The notes under the pieces: model-generated
What the model saw: the letters and a program-made list of their open reading frames with translations, nothing else
Told to the model about the DNA's origin: nothing
Database searches by the model: none
Made by a program: the position numbers and the translations under genes
Assembly (NCBI GenBank): GCA_964579825.1
Contig: CAZOHT010000007.1
Span: 3,540-67,539 of the forward strand
Length of the DNA stretch: 64,000 bases
Direction of reading: 5' to 3'
Source: an uncultured Anaerolineaceae bacterium
GTDB lineage: Bacteria > Chloroflexota > Limnocylindria > Limnocylindrales > CSP1-4
Shown: positions 8,263 to 17,063 of the stretch, one piece after another
Position numbering within the stretch: position 1 is the stretch's first letter
Layout of the letters: each line of letters starts with the position of its first letter

Positions 8263-10197
8263 CTACAGGTTCGAGACGACCCGCCCGAGGCCGCGTCGGA
8301 AGCTGACCCCGGCGACCCCGCGCCACGGGACCGCGATCGTCCGGCGCAGGCGAGCGACTTCCTTCTCGCGACTGATCAGGTAACGGCCGATGGCCGCGCT
8401 CTCGAGCGCGGACAGCTCCCCGGCGTGCTCGACGAGGAAGGTCCGGGCCATCGATGACGCGACGTCGGCGTCGTTCATCAGACCCAGGTGGTCCTGCAGG
8501 GCGGTGACGCGTGCCAGGAGCGGCGTGACTTCCGGCTCGAGCGCCTCGCGCACGAATTCCAGCGTGTAGCGGAGCCACTTCCCGGCGATGCGCAGCTCAT
8601 GGAGCGTCTCGACATCGGCCCAGCGCAGGACCGGTTCGTAGGCGCGGATCTGCTCGTAGGCGGCCCAGATCCGCGACGGCGCGGTATCGCGGACGCGGTG
8701 TGGCTGGGTGGGCCCGACCGGGATGACCGCCGCGCCCTCGGTGCGGACGAAGTCGCGATAGTCGTCCACCCAGCGCTGGTAGCGACCGGAGTCCAGTTCG
8801 CGCAGCAGCAGGATCCGGGCGTCGTCACGGCGGCCGTGCCAGTCGCGCAGCATCGGTTCCAGCGCGCGCTGCTCCGCCACGGGGAGATCCGCGCGGTACA
8901 GGTCCGCCGCCTCCAGGAGCACGTCCAGGTCCCGGACCGTCCCGAGTCGAGAGGCGATCTCGCGCAACCCATTCCGATAGCGCTTCGTCCGGGCCGGTCG
9001 GAACGACTCCCCGAACACCCGCCACGCGGCTCGCTGTCGCCGGGTGGCGACGCGCATCGCGTGGAGTTCCTCGGCGTCGACGCCCTCGCGGGTGCCGGCC
9101 TCGCGGGCCAGCATCCGGGCGAGGTGGAAGCGCAGGACCTTGCGGCCGGCTTCGGCGATGTGATCGTCCGCGGTGACCCCTGGGGTCTTGCCGACCATGA
9201 GTCGCGAATCGTCGGGTGGCTCCGGTGACAGGACGACATCGGCGGAACTGGGCAGGCCGGCCGCGATGAAGTCCGCCAGGTCCGGCAGGGCGTCGCCATC
9301 GTCGGCGTCGGCCAGCATCGCCTCGGCTTCGAGACGGGCCTCCGCGTCCTCGGTGTCGCTCTCGGTGATGACGTCGGCGTCACCCTCGTCCGGGCCAGGG
9401 GAGGACTCGGCATCCACCCTGGCGTGCTCATCCTCGGGTGCGTTTCCGCCGTCTCGCGTGTCGGCCGCCTCGGGCGCGGCCGGAGCGTCCGTCGATCCGG
9501 CGGGGTCCTTCGGCGACGTCCCGTTCCCGGAGACAGCTTCGTGCGCCGCGGCGATCGCCAGCGCCACGTCGAGCTTGCTGTCCGCGGTCCGGGTCAGCGT
9601 CAGGTCCGCATCGAAGATCGCGGCGAGTTCTTCCAGGCGCACCTCCGGACCGCGGCGGAGTTCCGCCTCCAGCTCGGCGAACCGCCCGATCTCGCGGCCG
9701 CCGGCGATCACGGACACTTCGTCGAGGCTCAGTTCGATGCGCGTGCCGGCATCGCGGATCTGGCGCTTGCGACGGATCTGCCGAACCGTGACCCGTTCGA
9801 CCAGGGCCGCGGTTCCGGCATGCTCCAGGACGAGCGAGCGGGCCGCCGATGTCGGCCAGTCCGACGGGCCCGCGGCCGGGTCGGCCGGGCCTTCGATCTC
9901 CTCGCGACGGACCGCACCGCCGGGACCCTCGGAGTGCTCCAGCGACTTGAGCGTGACGTTCGTCCCGGACTTCGAGGAGCGCAGCCGGACCGCATACCCG
10001 GCGGCGGCCATCGCGCCATCTTCCGTGTCCAGGTAGCGGTCCTCGATGCGGGAGGACTTGGCCTGGTCGTGCGCATCGAAGGCCCCGACTCGCGGGGCGG
10101 TCAGGTAGCGCTCCGCGGCCGCGACCGAGGACACGCGGTACTTCAACTCGACTTCGACGGGCTTCGGGGCCGCGACGGGTTCGAAGGTGTCAGTCAT
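8263..10197 (-). CDS. CYTH (triphosphate tunnel metalloenzyme) plus CHAD two-domain protein
   Basis: 644 aa from ATG 10197, with ATGA overlap on the ppk stop. The N-terminus VEVELKYRV...EDRYLD...EIELSLDEV...ELE is CYTH-like. An acidic linker of roughly 110 aa follows. The C-terminus ..LHAMRVATRRQRAAWRVF...RDLDVL...HELRIAGKWLRYTLEF.. is CHAD-like. Confidence 0.8.
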   Translation of the reverse strand: MTDTFEPVAAPKPVEVELKYRVSSVAAAERYLTAPRVGAFDAHDQAKSSRIEDRYLDTEDGAMAAAGYAVRLRSSKSGTNVTLKSLEHSEGPGGAVRREEIEGPADPAAGPSDWPTSAARSLVLEHAGTAALVERVTVRQIRRKRQIRDAGTRIELSLDEVSVIAGGREIGRFAELEAELRRGPEVRLEELAAIFDADLTLTRTADSKLDVALAIAAAHEAVSGNGTSPKDPAGSTDAPAAPEAADTRDGGNAPEDEHARVDAESSPGPDEGDADVITESDTEDAEARLEAEAMLADADDGDALPDLADFIAAGLPSSADVVLSPEPPDDSRLMVGKTPGVTADDHIAEAGRKVLRFHLARMLAREAGTREGVDAEELHAMRVATRRQRAAWRVFGESFRPARTKRYRNGLREIASRLGTVRDLDVLLEAADLYRADLPVAEQRALEPMLRDWHGRRDDARILLLRELDSGRYQRWVDDYRDFVRTEGAAVIPVGPTQPHRVRDTAPSRIWAAYEQIRAYEPVLRWADVETLHELRIAGKWLRYTLEFVREALEPEVTPLLARVTALQDHLGLMNDADVASSMARTFLVEHAGELSALESAAIGRYLISREKEVARLRRTIAVPWRGVAGVSFRRGLGRVVSNL

Positions 10198-12395
10198 GCC
10201 CGGGGATCCAGCGAACCGGCTCCGGCTCCAGGTCGGTGGGGCAGGCCGAAGACCTGCCCGCGCTCGAGAGCATCTTGCTTGAGTGCCTCGAACGTGTCGA
10301 TGGTTCCGGTGCGCCCGAGCACCACCTCCGTGCGGACCCACGTGGCGTCCGGCCGGAGCTGCCAGGAGCGTCGCTCGTCCGCGAGCATCAGGTCGATGAT
10401 CCCGGCGAGGCGCAGCCCGGCCTCGTGATCCTCGACCGGCACCACCGCCTCGACCCGCCGGTCCAGGTTGCGGTCCATCAGGTCCGCGGACCCGATGTAC
10501 CACTCGCGCGACCCCCCGTTCTCGAACGACCAGATCCGGGAGTGCTCCAGGAACTCACCGATGATCGAGCGGACCCGGATGCGCTCCGAGATGCCCGGCA
10601 CCCCCGGCTGGATGGCGCACGCACCGCGAACGATGAGGTCCACATCGACGCCCGCCGCGGACGCGAGGTAGAGGGCCTCGATGACCGCGACATCCACGAT
10701 CGCGTTCAACTTGAGGACGATCCGGGCGTGGTGGCCGGCCTGGGCGTGGGCGATCTCGCGATCCACCAGCTCCAGGAAGCGCGACCGCAGCGAGTGCGGC
10801 GCGACGAGCAGCCGGCGGAACGTCTGCTGGCGCGACAGCCCGGTCAGGACGTTGAACAGGTCCGTCACGTCCGCCCCGATCTCCGGCCGACAGGTCAACA
10901 GGCCCAGGTCGACGTACAGGCGAGCCGTCTTGGGGTTGTAGTTGCCGGTCCCGATGTGGACGTACCGGCGCAGGCCGGAGCCCTCGCGGCGGACGACGAG
11001 CGATGTCTTCGAATGGGTCTTGAGCCCGACCAGGCCGTAGACCACGTGCGCGCCCGCCCGTTCCAGCTTGCGCGCCCAGATGATGTTGGCCTCTTCGTCG
11101 AAGCGGGCCTTGATCTCGACCAGGACGACGACCTGCTTGCCGCGCTCGGCCGCCCGGATGAGTGACTGGACGAGGGGCGAGTCACCGGACGTCCGGTACA
11201 GCGTCTGCTTGATGGTCAGGACGTCCGGGTCGTCGGCGGCCTGGGTGATGAACCGCTCCACGGACGCCGTGAAGGACTCGTACGGATGGTGGACCAGGAT
11301 GTCGCCGGCGCGGATGGCGGCGAACACATCGGTCGGCTCGTCCTCGTCCGGTGGGATGAGTCGCGGCGGCGTGACCGGCGTCCACGGCGCCACCTTGAGA
11401 TCCGGCCGGTCCAGGTCCGCGATCGCCCACAGCCCGGTCAGGTCCAGCATGCCGCTGATCTCGTAGCTGTCGGCTTCCTCGAGCCCCAGGCCCCGGAGCA
11501 GGAGCGTCCGGGTCGCGGCCGGCATGGACCGTTCCACTTCCAGGCGGACCGCCTCCCCGAACCGCCGCCGCCGAAGCTCCTCCTCGATCGCGAGGAGGAG
11601 GTCGTCCGCCTCATCCTCCTCGATCGCGAGATCGGCGTTGCGCGTGACCCGGAAGAGGTGGTGTTCGAGGACCTCCATCCCGCTGAAGAGGGCGTCCAGG
11701 TTCTGCTCGATGACCTGGTCGAGCAGGACGAACCGCGACTTCTCGACTTCCAGCAGGCGCGGCAGGATCTGCGGCACCTTCACGCGGGCGAAGCCACGCT
11801 CGCCGGTCGCCGGGTCGCGCAGGCCCACGGCGATGGACAGGCTCAGCGTGGAGATGTACGGGAACGGGTGCCCCGGATCCACGGCGAGCGGCGTCAGGAC
11901 GGGATAGATCTCGTCGAGGAACCGCTGTCGGAGGGCCTCGTGGTGCTCCGGGATCGCGGCGTAGTCGAGCAGTTCGACGCCTTCGTCCGCCAGCGAGCGA
12001 CGGACGTCCAGGTAGATGGCCGAGTGCTCGGCGGAGAGCTCCAGCACGCGCGACCGGATGGCCGCGAGCTGTTCTTCGGCGGTACGGCCGTCGGGGGAGC
12101 GGTGGGCCTTGCCGGCCTCCACCTGCTCGCGCAGGCCGGCGACGCGGACCTGGAAGAACTCATCGAGGTTGCCCGCGAAGATGCTCAGGAACTTGACCCG
12201 CTCCAGGAGCGGATTGCGGTCATCGCGGGCTTCGAACAGGACGCGCGCGTTGAACTCCAGCCAGGCCAGCTCTCGATTGAGATACGGGAAGTCCACTTCG
12301 ACGCGGGCCGGCCGACGCGGACGGGGCGGGACGGCCGGGCGGGCGGTCCCGGCGGCGGCGGGCGGACCAGACGGACCAGATCGAAGGGCGGCCAT
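10194..12395 (-). CDS. ppk: polyphosphate kinase 1
   Basis: 733 aa with PPK1 hallmarks ..YLNRELAWLEFNARVL.. and ..GLKTHSKTSLVVRRE.., plus tandem PLD-like C-terminal domains. Confidence 0.92.
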   Translation of the reverse strand: MAALRSGPSGPPAAAGTARPAVPPRPRRPARVEVDFPYLNRELAWLEFNARVLFEARDDRNPLLERVKFLSIFAGNLDEFFQVRVAGLREQVEAGKAHRSPDGRTAEEQLAAIRSRVLELSAEHSAIYLDVRRSLADEGVELLDYAAIPEHHEALRQRFLDEIYPVLTPLAVDPGHPFPYISTLSLSIAVGLRDPATGERGFARVKVPQILPRLLEVEKSRFVLLDQVIEQNLDALFSGMEVLEHHLFRVTRNADLAIEEDEADDLLLAIEEELRRRRFGEAVRLEVERSMPAATRTLLLRGLGLEEADSYEISGMLDLTGLWAIADLDRPDLKVAPWTPVTPPRLIPPDEDEPTDVFAAIRAGDILVHHPYESFTASVERFITQAADDPDVLTIKQTLYRTSGDSPLVQSLIRAAERGKQVVVLVEIKARFDEEANIIWARKLERAGAHVVYGLVGLKTHSKTSLVVRREGSGLRRYVHIGTGNYNPKTARLYVDLGLLTCRPEIGADVTDLFNVLTGLSRQQTFRRLLVAPHSLRSRFLELVDREIAHAQAGHHARIVLKLNAIVDVAVIEALYLASAAGVDVDLIVRGACAIQPGVPGISERIRVRSIIGEFLEHSRIWSFENGGSREWYIGSADLMDRNLDRRVEAVVPVEDHEAGLRLAGIIDLMLADERRSWQLRPDATWVRTEVVLGRTGTIDTFEALKQDALERGQVFGLPHRPGAGAGSLDPRA

Positions 12396-12469
12396 GCGGG
12401 AGAGGGGGCTCCTGGATGCGTGGTTCGGACGTTCGTCCGGGCTGGAAACCCGGCCGGCGAGGATAGCAT

Positions 12470-12485
12470 GGGCGCTTCGGCGCCC
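12470..12485 (-). terminator. short GC hairpin after the small membrane-protein gene
   Basis: GGGCGC-CGAA-GCGCCC on the minus strand, 22 nt after the stop at 12507. No U-tract follows. Confidence 0.3.
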
Positions 12486-12506
12486 TGAGTCACCCGAAGG
12501 TCCCGG

Positions 12507-12869
12507 TCAGCCCTCCGCCCGGTAGCGCCGCTCGCCGGTGCGGGCGTCCAGGTAGACGCGCATCCGGCGGCCGGACGTGGGGTCGACGAAGACCTCGTCG
12601 GTCGATGCGAACCGCGGTTCGAGGGGCGCATCGAGGGGTTCGCCGCCGCCCGGCCCGACCGGGTGCGCCGACCGGTCGACGGCGTCCGAGCGATAGCGCA
12701 TCCGCTCCAGCAAGGCCCCGACGATGAGGGCCGCCCCGAACAGGACCAGGTACACCCCGGTGATCGTGCCGCCGAAGCTCGGGAGCAGGATCAGCAGCAG
12801 GCCGCCGATCGCCATCAGCGCCCCGGTGACGAGGACGAGCAGCCGTGCGATGCCGATGCCGATGCCCAC
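12507..12869 (-). CDS. small membrane protein (2 TM), function unknown
   Basis: 120 aa from GTG 12869 (VGIGIGIARLLVLVTGALMAIGGLLLILLP...). The upstream part of the 290-aa track ORF is Arg/Pro-rich read-through and was dropped. Confidence 0.5.
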   Translation of the reverse strand: MGIGIGIARLLVLVTGALMAIGGLLLILLPSFGGTITGVYLVLFGAALIVGALLERMRYRSDAVDRSAHPVGPGGGEPLDAPLEPRFASTDEVFVDPTSGRRMRVYLDARTGERRYRAEG

Positions 12870-12871
12870 GG

Positions 12872-13219
12872 TCAGTCCAGGGTGGTGGGCACAGCGGACT
12901 CGTCGGGGACGACCACGACGGCGGTGCCGTACGCGACGATCTCGCTCATGGAGCCCGACAGCGACGAACTGTCGTAGCGCATCGACAGGATCGCGTTGGC
13001 GCCCAGCAGCGTGGCGTTCTGGATGAGGCGGTCCAGGGCCTGCCGTCGGGAGTCCTCGAGCAGGCTCGTGTACTCGTGGATCTCGCCGCCACCCAGGGAG
13101 CGGAGTTCGGCCATGAGGTTGCCGCCGATGCCGCGGCTGCGGACGACGAGGCCGAACACCATCCCCTTCGACTCGGTGATGCGGTGGCCGGCGACGAATG
13201 GGGTCGTGACGACGATCAT
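12872..13219 (-). CDS. YbjQ/UPF0145 family protein
   Basis: 115 aa from ATG 13219 (MIVVTTPFVAGHRITESKGMVFGLVVRSRGIGGN...AILSMRYD...). The start overlaps the stop of the upstream gene. Confidence 0.75.
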   Translation of the reverse strand: MIVVTTPFVAGHRITESKGMVFGLVVRSRGIGGNLMAELRSLGGGEIHEYTSLLEDSRRQALDRLIQNATLLGANAILSMRYDSSSLSGSMSEIVAYGTAVVVVPDESAVPTTLD

Positions 13220-13626
13220 GCGTGCTCCTCGTGACGGTCCAGGACGGACGGTGTGGGTGCCGCGGCGGCGTGCCCGGTCCGTCGCCGGGTGCACTCGTCG
13301 CACGGGCAGTACTCGCGCAGCATCGTGAAGGTGTAGTAGCCGGTGTGGTGGCCGTCGCCCCAGTGCGGCGCGATGGCATAGCCGCCGATCATCGCGACGT
13401 CGGTGAGCCGGATCTGCTCATCGGTCAGGACCGGGGCGCTGTCCAGCCAGCCGGGGAGGCCCGCCTCGCCGCGGCAGTACGCGCACGGGCAGAGCCAGCG
13501 CAGGGGAAGCATCTCGTAGGCCGTCTGGTGGCCGTCGCCCCAGACGATCGAGAGGCGCCCGGCGGCACGGTCGGCATGGATGGAGACCGGCGTGACCAGT
13601 TCGGGCGGCGTCGAGGGGCTGTGCAT
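13216..13626 (-). CDS. DUF971 (gamma-butyrobetaine hydroxylase-like N-terminal) domain protein
   Basis: 136 aa from ATG 13626. The Cys pairs ..WLCPCAYCRGE.. and ..YCPCDEC.. plus ..IVWGDGH.. and ..PHWGDGHHTG.. match the duplicated DUF971 pattern. A TACGAT hexamer lies 8 nt upstream of the ATG. Confidence 0.65.
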   Translation of the reverse strand: MHSPSTPPELVTPVSIHADRAAGRLSIVWGDGHQTAYEMLPLRWLCPCAYCRGEAGLPGWLDSAPVLTDEQIRLTDVAMIGGYAIAPHWGDGHHTGYYTFTMLREYCPCDECTRRRTGHAAAAPTPSVLDRHEEHA

Positions 13627-13788
13627 CTGCCCGAATCGTACTCGCTTGCGGGTCCGAGGTCCCCGCGGCACGCCGAAGCGACGCATGCGCGGCCCGGGTC
13701 CTCGCCCGTGTCACACGGGAGGGTCGCCCGCCCACCCCGGACCATCGGCCGACGGCGCATCCAGACGTCCTTGGCTATGCTCGCCGCG

Positions 13789-14760
13789 ATGACTCTGGAG
13801 ATCGATCACGTCACGAAGCGATTCGGGGCGAATCTCGCACTGGACCGCCTGACGTTCGAGGTCCCGCGTGGTGCCGTGTTCGGGTTCCTGGGCGCCAACG
13901 GCGCCGGCAAGACGACCACGATGCGGATCTGCCTCGGGATCCTGGATGCCGACGCGGGCGAGGCGCGCTGGGACGGATCGCGGACGACGGACCTTCCGCG
14001 CCGGACCTGGGGCTACCTGCCGGAGGAGCGCGGGTTGTATCCGCGCATGGCCGTCCTCGATCAGCTCGTCTACTTCGCGTCGCTCTACGGGGTGCCAGCG
14101 GACAAGGCGCGCAAGGACGCCCTCGGCTGGCTGGACCGGTTCCTGATCTCGGATTACGCCCCACGCCGCGCGGAGGAGCTGTCCAAGGGCAACCAGCAGA
14201 AGGTCCAGTTCATCGCGGCGATCCTGCACGACCCCGAGGTCCTGCTCATGGACGAGCCGTTCACGGGCCTCGATCCGGTCAACCTGGTCCTCCTGCGCGA
14301 GGCGTTCCTGGAGCTGCGGGATCGGGACCGGACGCTCATCTTCAGCACGCACCAGATGGAAGCCGCCGAGGCGTTGTGCGAATCGGTCGCCATCGTCGAT
14401 CACGGCCGGGTCGTCGCCGGCGGCACGCTGAGTGCCCTCAAGCGCGCGAGCGGCCGGCGGACGGTGCGCCTGGGCGTCGAAGGCGAAGCCGCCCCCGCGT
14501 GGGTCGCGGACCTGCCCGGCGTGACGATGGTCCGGCCGGGCGCCGGTCACGTCGAACTCGAACTGGATCCCGGCGTCGAACCGTCCGGCGTCCTGGCGGC
14601 GCTCATCGGCAAGGGCGTCGCGGTGACCCATTTCGAACTGACCGATCCGAGTCTCGAAGCCATCTTCATCGAGCATGTCGGGCGCTCGCCCGACGACGAG
14701 CTGGCGCTGGGTCTCGACGCGGCGCCCGGTCCCAGCCTTCCGGCCGGCGGGATCGCCTGA
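13789..14760 (+). CDS. ABC-2 type transporter ATP-binding protein
   Basis: Walker A GANGAGKTTT, signature LSKGNQQKVQF and Walker B LLMDEPFTGLD. ATG 13789 is preceded by TATGCT 7 nt upstream. An alternative in-frame ATG lies at 13777. Confidence 0.88.
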   Translation: MTLEIDHVTKRFGANLALDRLTFEVPRGAVFGFLGANGAGKTTTMRICLGILDADAGEARWDGSRTTDLPRRTWGYLPEERGLYPRMAVLDQLVYFASLYGVPADKARKDALGWLDRFLISDYAPRRAEELSKGNQQKVQFIAAILHDPEVLLMDEPFTGLDPVNLVLLREAFLELRDRDRTLIFSTHQMEAAEALCESVAIVDHGRVVAGGTLSALKRASGRRTVRLGVEGEAAPAWVADLPGVTMVRPGAGHVELELDPGVEPSGVLAALIGKGVAVTHFELTDPSLEAIFIEHVGRSPDDELALGLDAAPGPSLPAGGIA

Positions 14761-16082
14761 TGGCCCGACGCGACTCGCTCATGCCCAACGCGGGCATCGT
14801 CGCCCGCCGCGAGTACCGAGATCGGGTGAAGAGCCCGCTGTTCATCGCATCGACCCTGGTCCTCATGGCCATCGCCTTGATGGTCACGCTGGCCCCGATC
14901 GCCATCCGCTACATGGACCGCTCGACGGTGACCCGGATCGCGATCGTCGCCGCCGACGAGGACCTGGCCCTGCGCGCCATCGGTGTCGCCGACAGCATGC
15001 TGAACGCGCCACCGGATGGGGCGGACCCGGCCACCTGGAAGCGGCCGTTCATCATCGAGCGGGCGACGGACGCCGCGACGGCGTCAGCGGAGCTGGCCCG
15101 AGGCGACGTGGCCGGCGTGATGACCGTCCAACGCCTGCCGACCGGTCAGATCGATGTCGTGTACACGACCAGCGGTCCGGCCGATGGCGTTCGCAGCACG
15201 CTCGTCGGGTTCGCCGCCATCGGCATCGGCATCATCGACTGGACGTCGTCGTTGCCCGAGGACTCGCAGCTCGGGGCGTTCCAGGTCCCGAACTTCCGCG
15301 CCGAATCCACGAACGTCGCTACCGAGGGCGGGACGGCGATCTCGCCCCAGGCGGTCGCCAGCCGTGCCTTCCTGGGGATCGTCTTCGTGGTGCTCCTGTT
15401 CATGACCGTGATCATCTACGGCATGTGGGTCGCGACCGGCGTCGCCGCCGAGAAGAGCAGCCGCGTGATGGAACTGATGATCAGCGCGGCCTCGCCGAGA
15501 CAGCTGCTGGCCGGCAAGGTCGCGGGCATCGGCGGGGCGGGTCTGACCCAGTACGTCGCGATCGTCGTGCCGGCGCTGGTCGTCCTGGCGTTCCAGGACC
15601 GGATCGCCGAGGCCATCCTGGGGCCCGCGTGGGCGGCCGGCACCCCCCTTGTCGGGCTGACGCCCGGCCTCCTCATCGGCTATGGCGTGTTCTTCCTGCT
15701 GGGCTTCACGCTGTTCGCCCTGATCTACGCGTCGATGGGCTCGTTCGTCAGCCGGCCCGATGACCTCCAGACGCTCTCGCTGCCACTCAGCTTCGTGGCG
15801 GTCGCGGGCTATCTGTCGGCGATCCTCGCCCTGAGCGGTGGCGGCGGAACCTGGACGCTGGTCGCGTCCTTCCTCCCGCCGTTCAGCCCATTCGTGATGC
15901 TGGCGCGGCTGATGATCGGCGCGGTGCCGCCGTGGCAGGTGGCCCTGTCGATCGGGATCCTCATCGTCACGATCGTGTTCGTCGCCATCGCGGCGACCCG
16001 GATGTACGCGGCGGGTGTCCTGCTCTACGGCCAGCGCCCCGGCGTCCGAGCCTTCATCGCGGCGGCCCGCAAGGCGGGGTAG
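14760..16082 (+). CDS. ABC-2 family transporter permease (NatB-like)
   Basis: 440 aa from ATG 14760, overlapping the ATPase stop (TGATG). It has an N-terminal TM, a large extracytoplasmic loop and then about 5 TM helices. Confidence 0.8.
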   Translation: MARRDSLMPNAGIVARREYRDRVKSPLFIASTLVLMAIALMVTLAPIAIRYMDRSTVTRIAIVAADEDLALRAIGVADSMLNAPPDGADPATWKRPFIIERATDAATASAELARGDVAGVMTVQRLPTGQIDVVYTTSGPADGVRSTLVGFAAIGIGIIDWTSSLPEDSQLGAFQVPNFRAESTNVATEGGTAISPQAVASRAFLGIVFVVLLFMTVIIYGMWVATGVAAEKSSRVMELMISAASPRQLLAGKVAGIGGAGLTQYVAIVVPALVVLAFQDRIAEAILGPAWAAGTPLVGLTPGLLIGYGVFFLLGFTLFALIYASMGSFVSRPDDLQTLSLPLSFVAVAGYLSAILALSGGGGTWTLVASFLPPFSPFVMLARLMIGAVPPWQVALSIGILIVTIVFVAIAATRMYAAGVLLYGQRPGVRAFIAAARKAG

Positions 16083-16163
16083 GGCGGTAGCCGGCGGCTG
16101 GCGCTGGCGCGCGGCCGCGGCTGGAGTGCCCGCCCGCGGCTGGTGCGCGTACCAGCGGCTGGT

Positions 16164-16274
16164 GCGCCCACCAGATGCACATCCGCGATGGATCCCTCGT
16201 GGACCGATCCAGGACACGCGTTGGCCGCGGCCCTCGTTCTCGATCCACGCTCGCTCGTTGCGGATGTGCAGCTG
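16164..16274. repeat. intergenic hairpin element, family B (15-bp stem 16172-16186 / 16260-16274, 73-nt loop)
   Basis: CAGATGCACATCCGC pairs with GCGGATGTGCAGCTG (14/15). The 18-mer GCGCCCACCAGATGCACA is identical to 41379-41396. The 13-mer CACGCTCGCTCGT (16246-16258) is identical to 63881-63893. Confidence 0.6.
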
Positions 16275-16310
16275 TGAGTAGCGGCGTGCGACCCGCGCGA
16301 CCCGCGCGGC

Positions 16311-17063
16311 CTACGATTCGTCGTCGAGGGGCAATCGGCTGATCAGGGCGAGGACCGGAGCCGTCGCCACGGTGGGTGGCGGCAGGGGTTCGGCGCCGTC
16401 GTCCGCGAGCCCGCCCGCCCCGCCGACCACGGCTGCCGCCGGGATGAACCGCCACAGGCGGCTGCGGACGCCCGGGAAGTAGGGGCTCATCCGCTGGCGG
16501 GCCAGCACGCCGGCCACGCCTTGCGCCGCCACGGCCGCGAACAACGCCTTGCCTTCCGTGGCGATCGCCGGCACGGCGACCACCTCGTCGCCCGGGCGCA
16601 GGATGCGCCGCAACGCCTCGCGCCGTTTCACGAGTGGCTGCGACAGCAACGACCGACCGTCCAGGTGCAGCAGGTCGAATGCCAGGAACGCCGCCGGCTG
16701 CCCAGGTTCCCCGGCCAGCCGTCGCTCCAGCTCTCGCGGATCCGCCCGGCCCGTGCCATCCACCACCACCAGCTCCCCGTCCAGGATCGCCGACCGTGCC
16801 GCCACCCGAACGGCCAACCCGGCCAACTCGGGGAGTGCCGCGGATACGTCCACCCCGGTCGCATCCACGATCCGCACCGCACCGTCGCCCGGCTGCATCG
16901 CCGGTCCGACGTAGGCGAACGCCCGCACGCCGCCCCACCACGGCTCGAAGAGATGCTCGTCCGAGTCGAAGGCGTCGGGCAGCAGGCGTGGCTCCATCGG
17001 CCGCAGGTCGGGGAGGTCCGGCAGCAGGTCCGTGTCCAGCCGGAAGGTGAGCTGGTCTGGCAT
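16311..17063 (-). CDS. ATP-dependent DNA ligase-like protein (adenylation-domain only, catalytic lysines substituted)
   Basis: 250 aa. LigD/LigC-like motifs III (ILDGELVVVD) and IV (FLAFDLLHLDG) are present. Motif I reads FEPWWGGVRAF instead of E-x-K-x-DG-x-R, and motif V reads GVLARQ instead of G-x-V-x-K. Confidence 0.6.
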   Translation of the reverse strand: MPDQLTFRLDTDLLPDLPDLRPMEPRLLPDAFDSDEHLFEPWWGGVRAFAYVGPAMQPGDGAVRIVDATGVDVSAALPELAGLAVRVAARSAILDGELVVVDGTGRADPRELERRLAGEPGQPAAFLAFDLLHLDGRSLLSQPLVKRREALRRILRPGDEVVAVPAIATEGKALFAAVAAQGVAGVLARQRMSPYFPGVRSRLWRFIPAAAVVGGAGGLADDGAEPLPPPTVATAPVLALISRLPLDDES

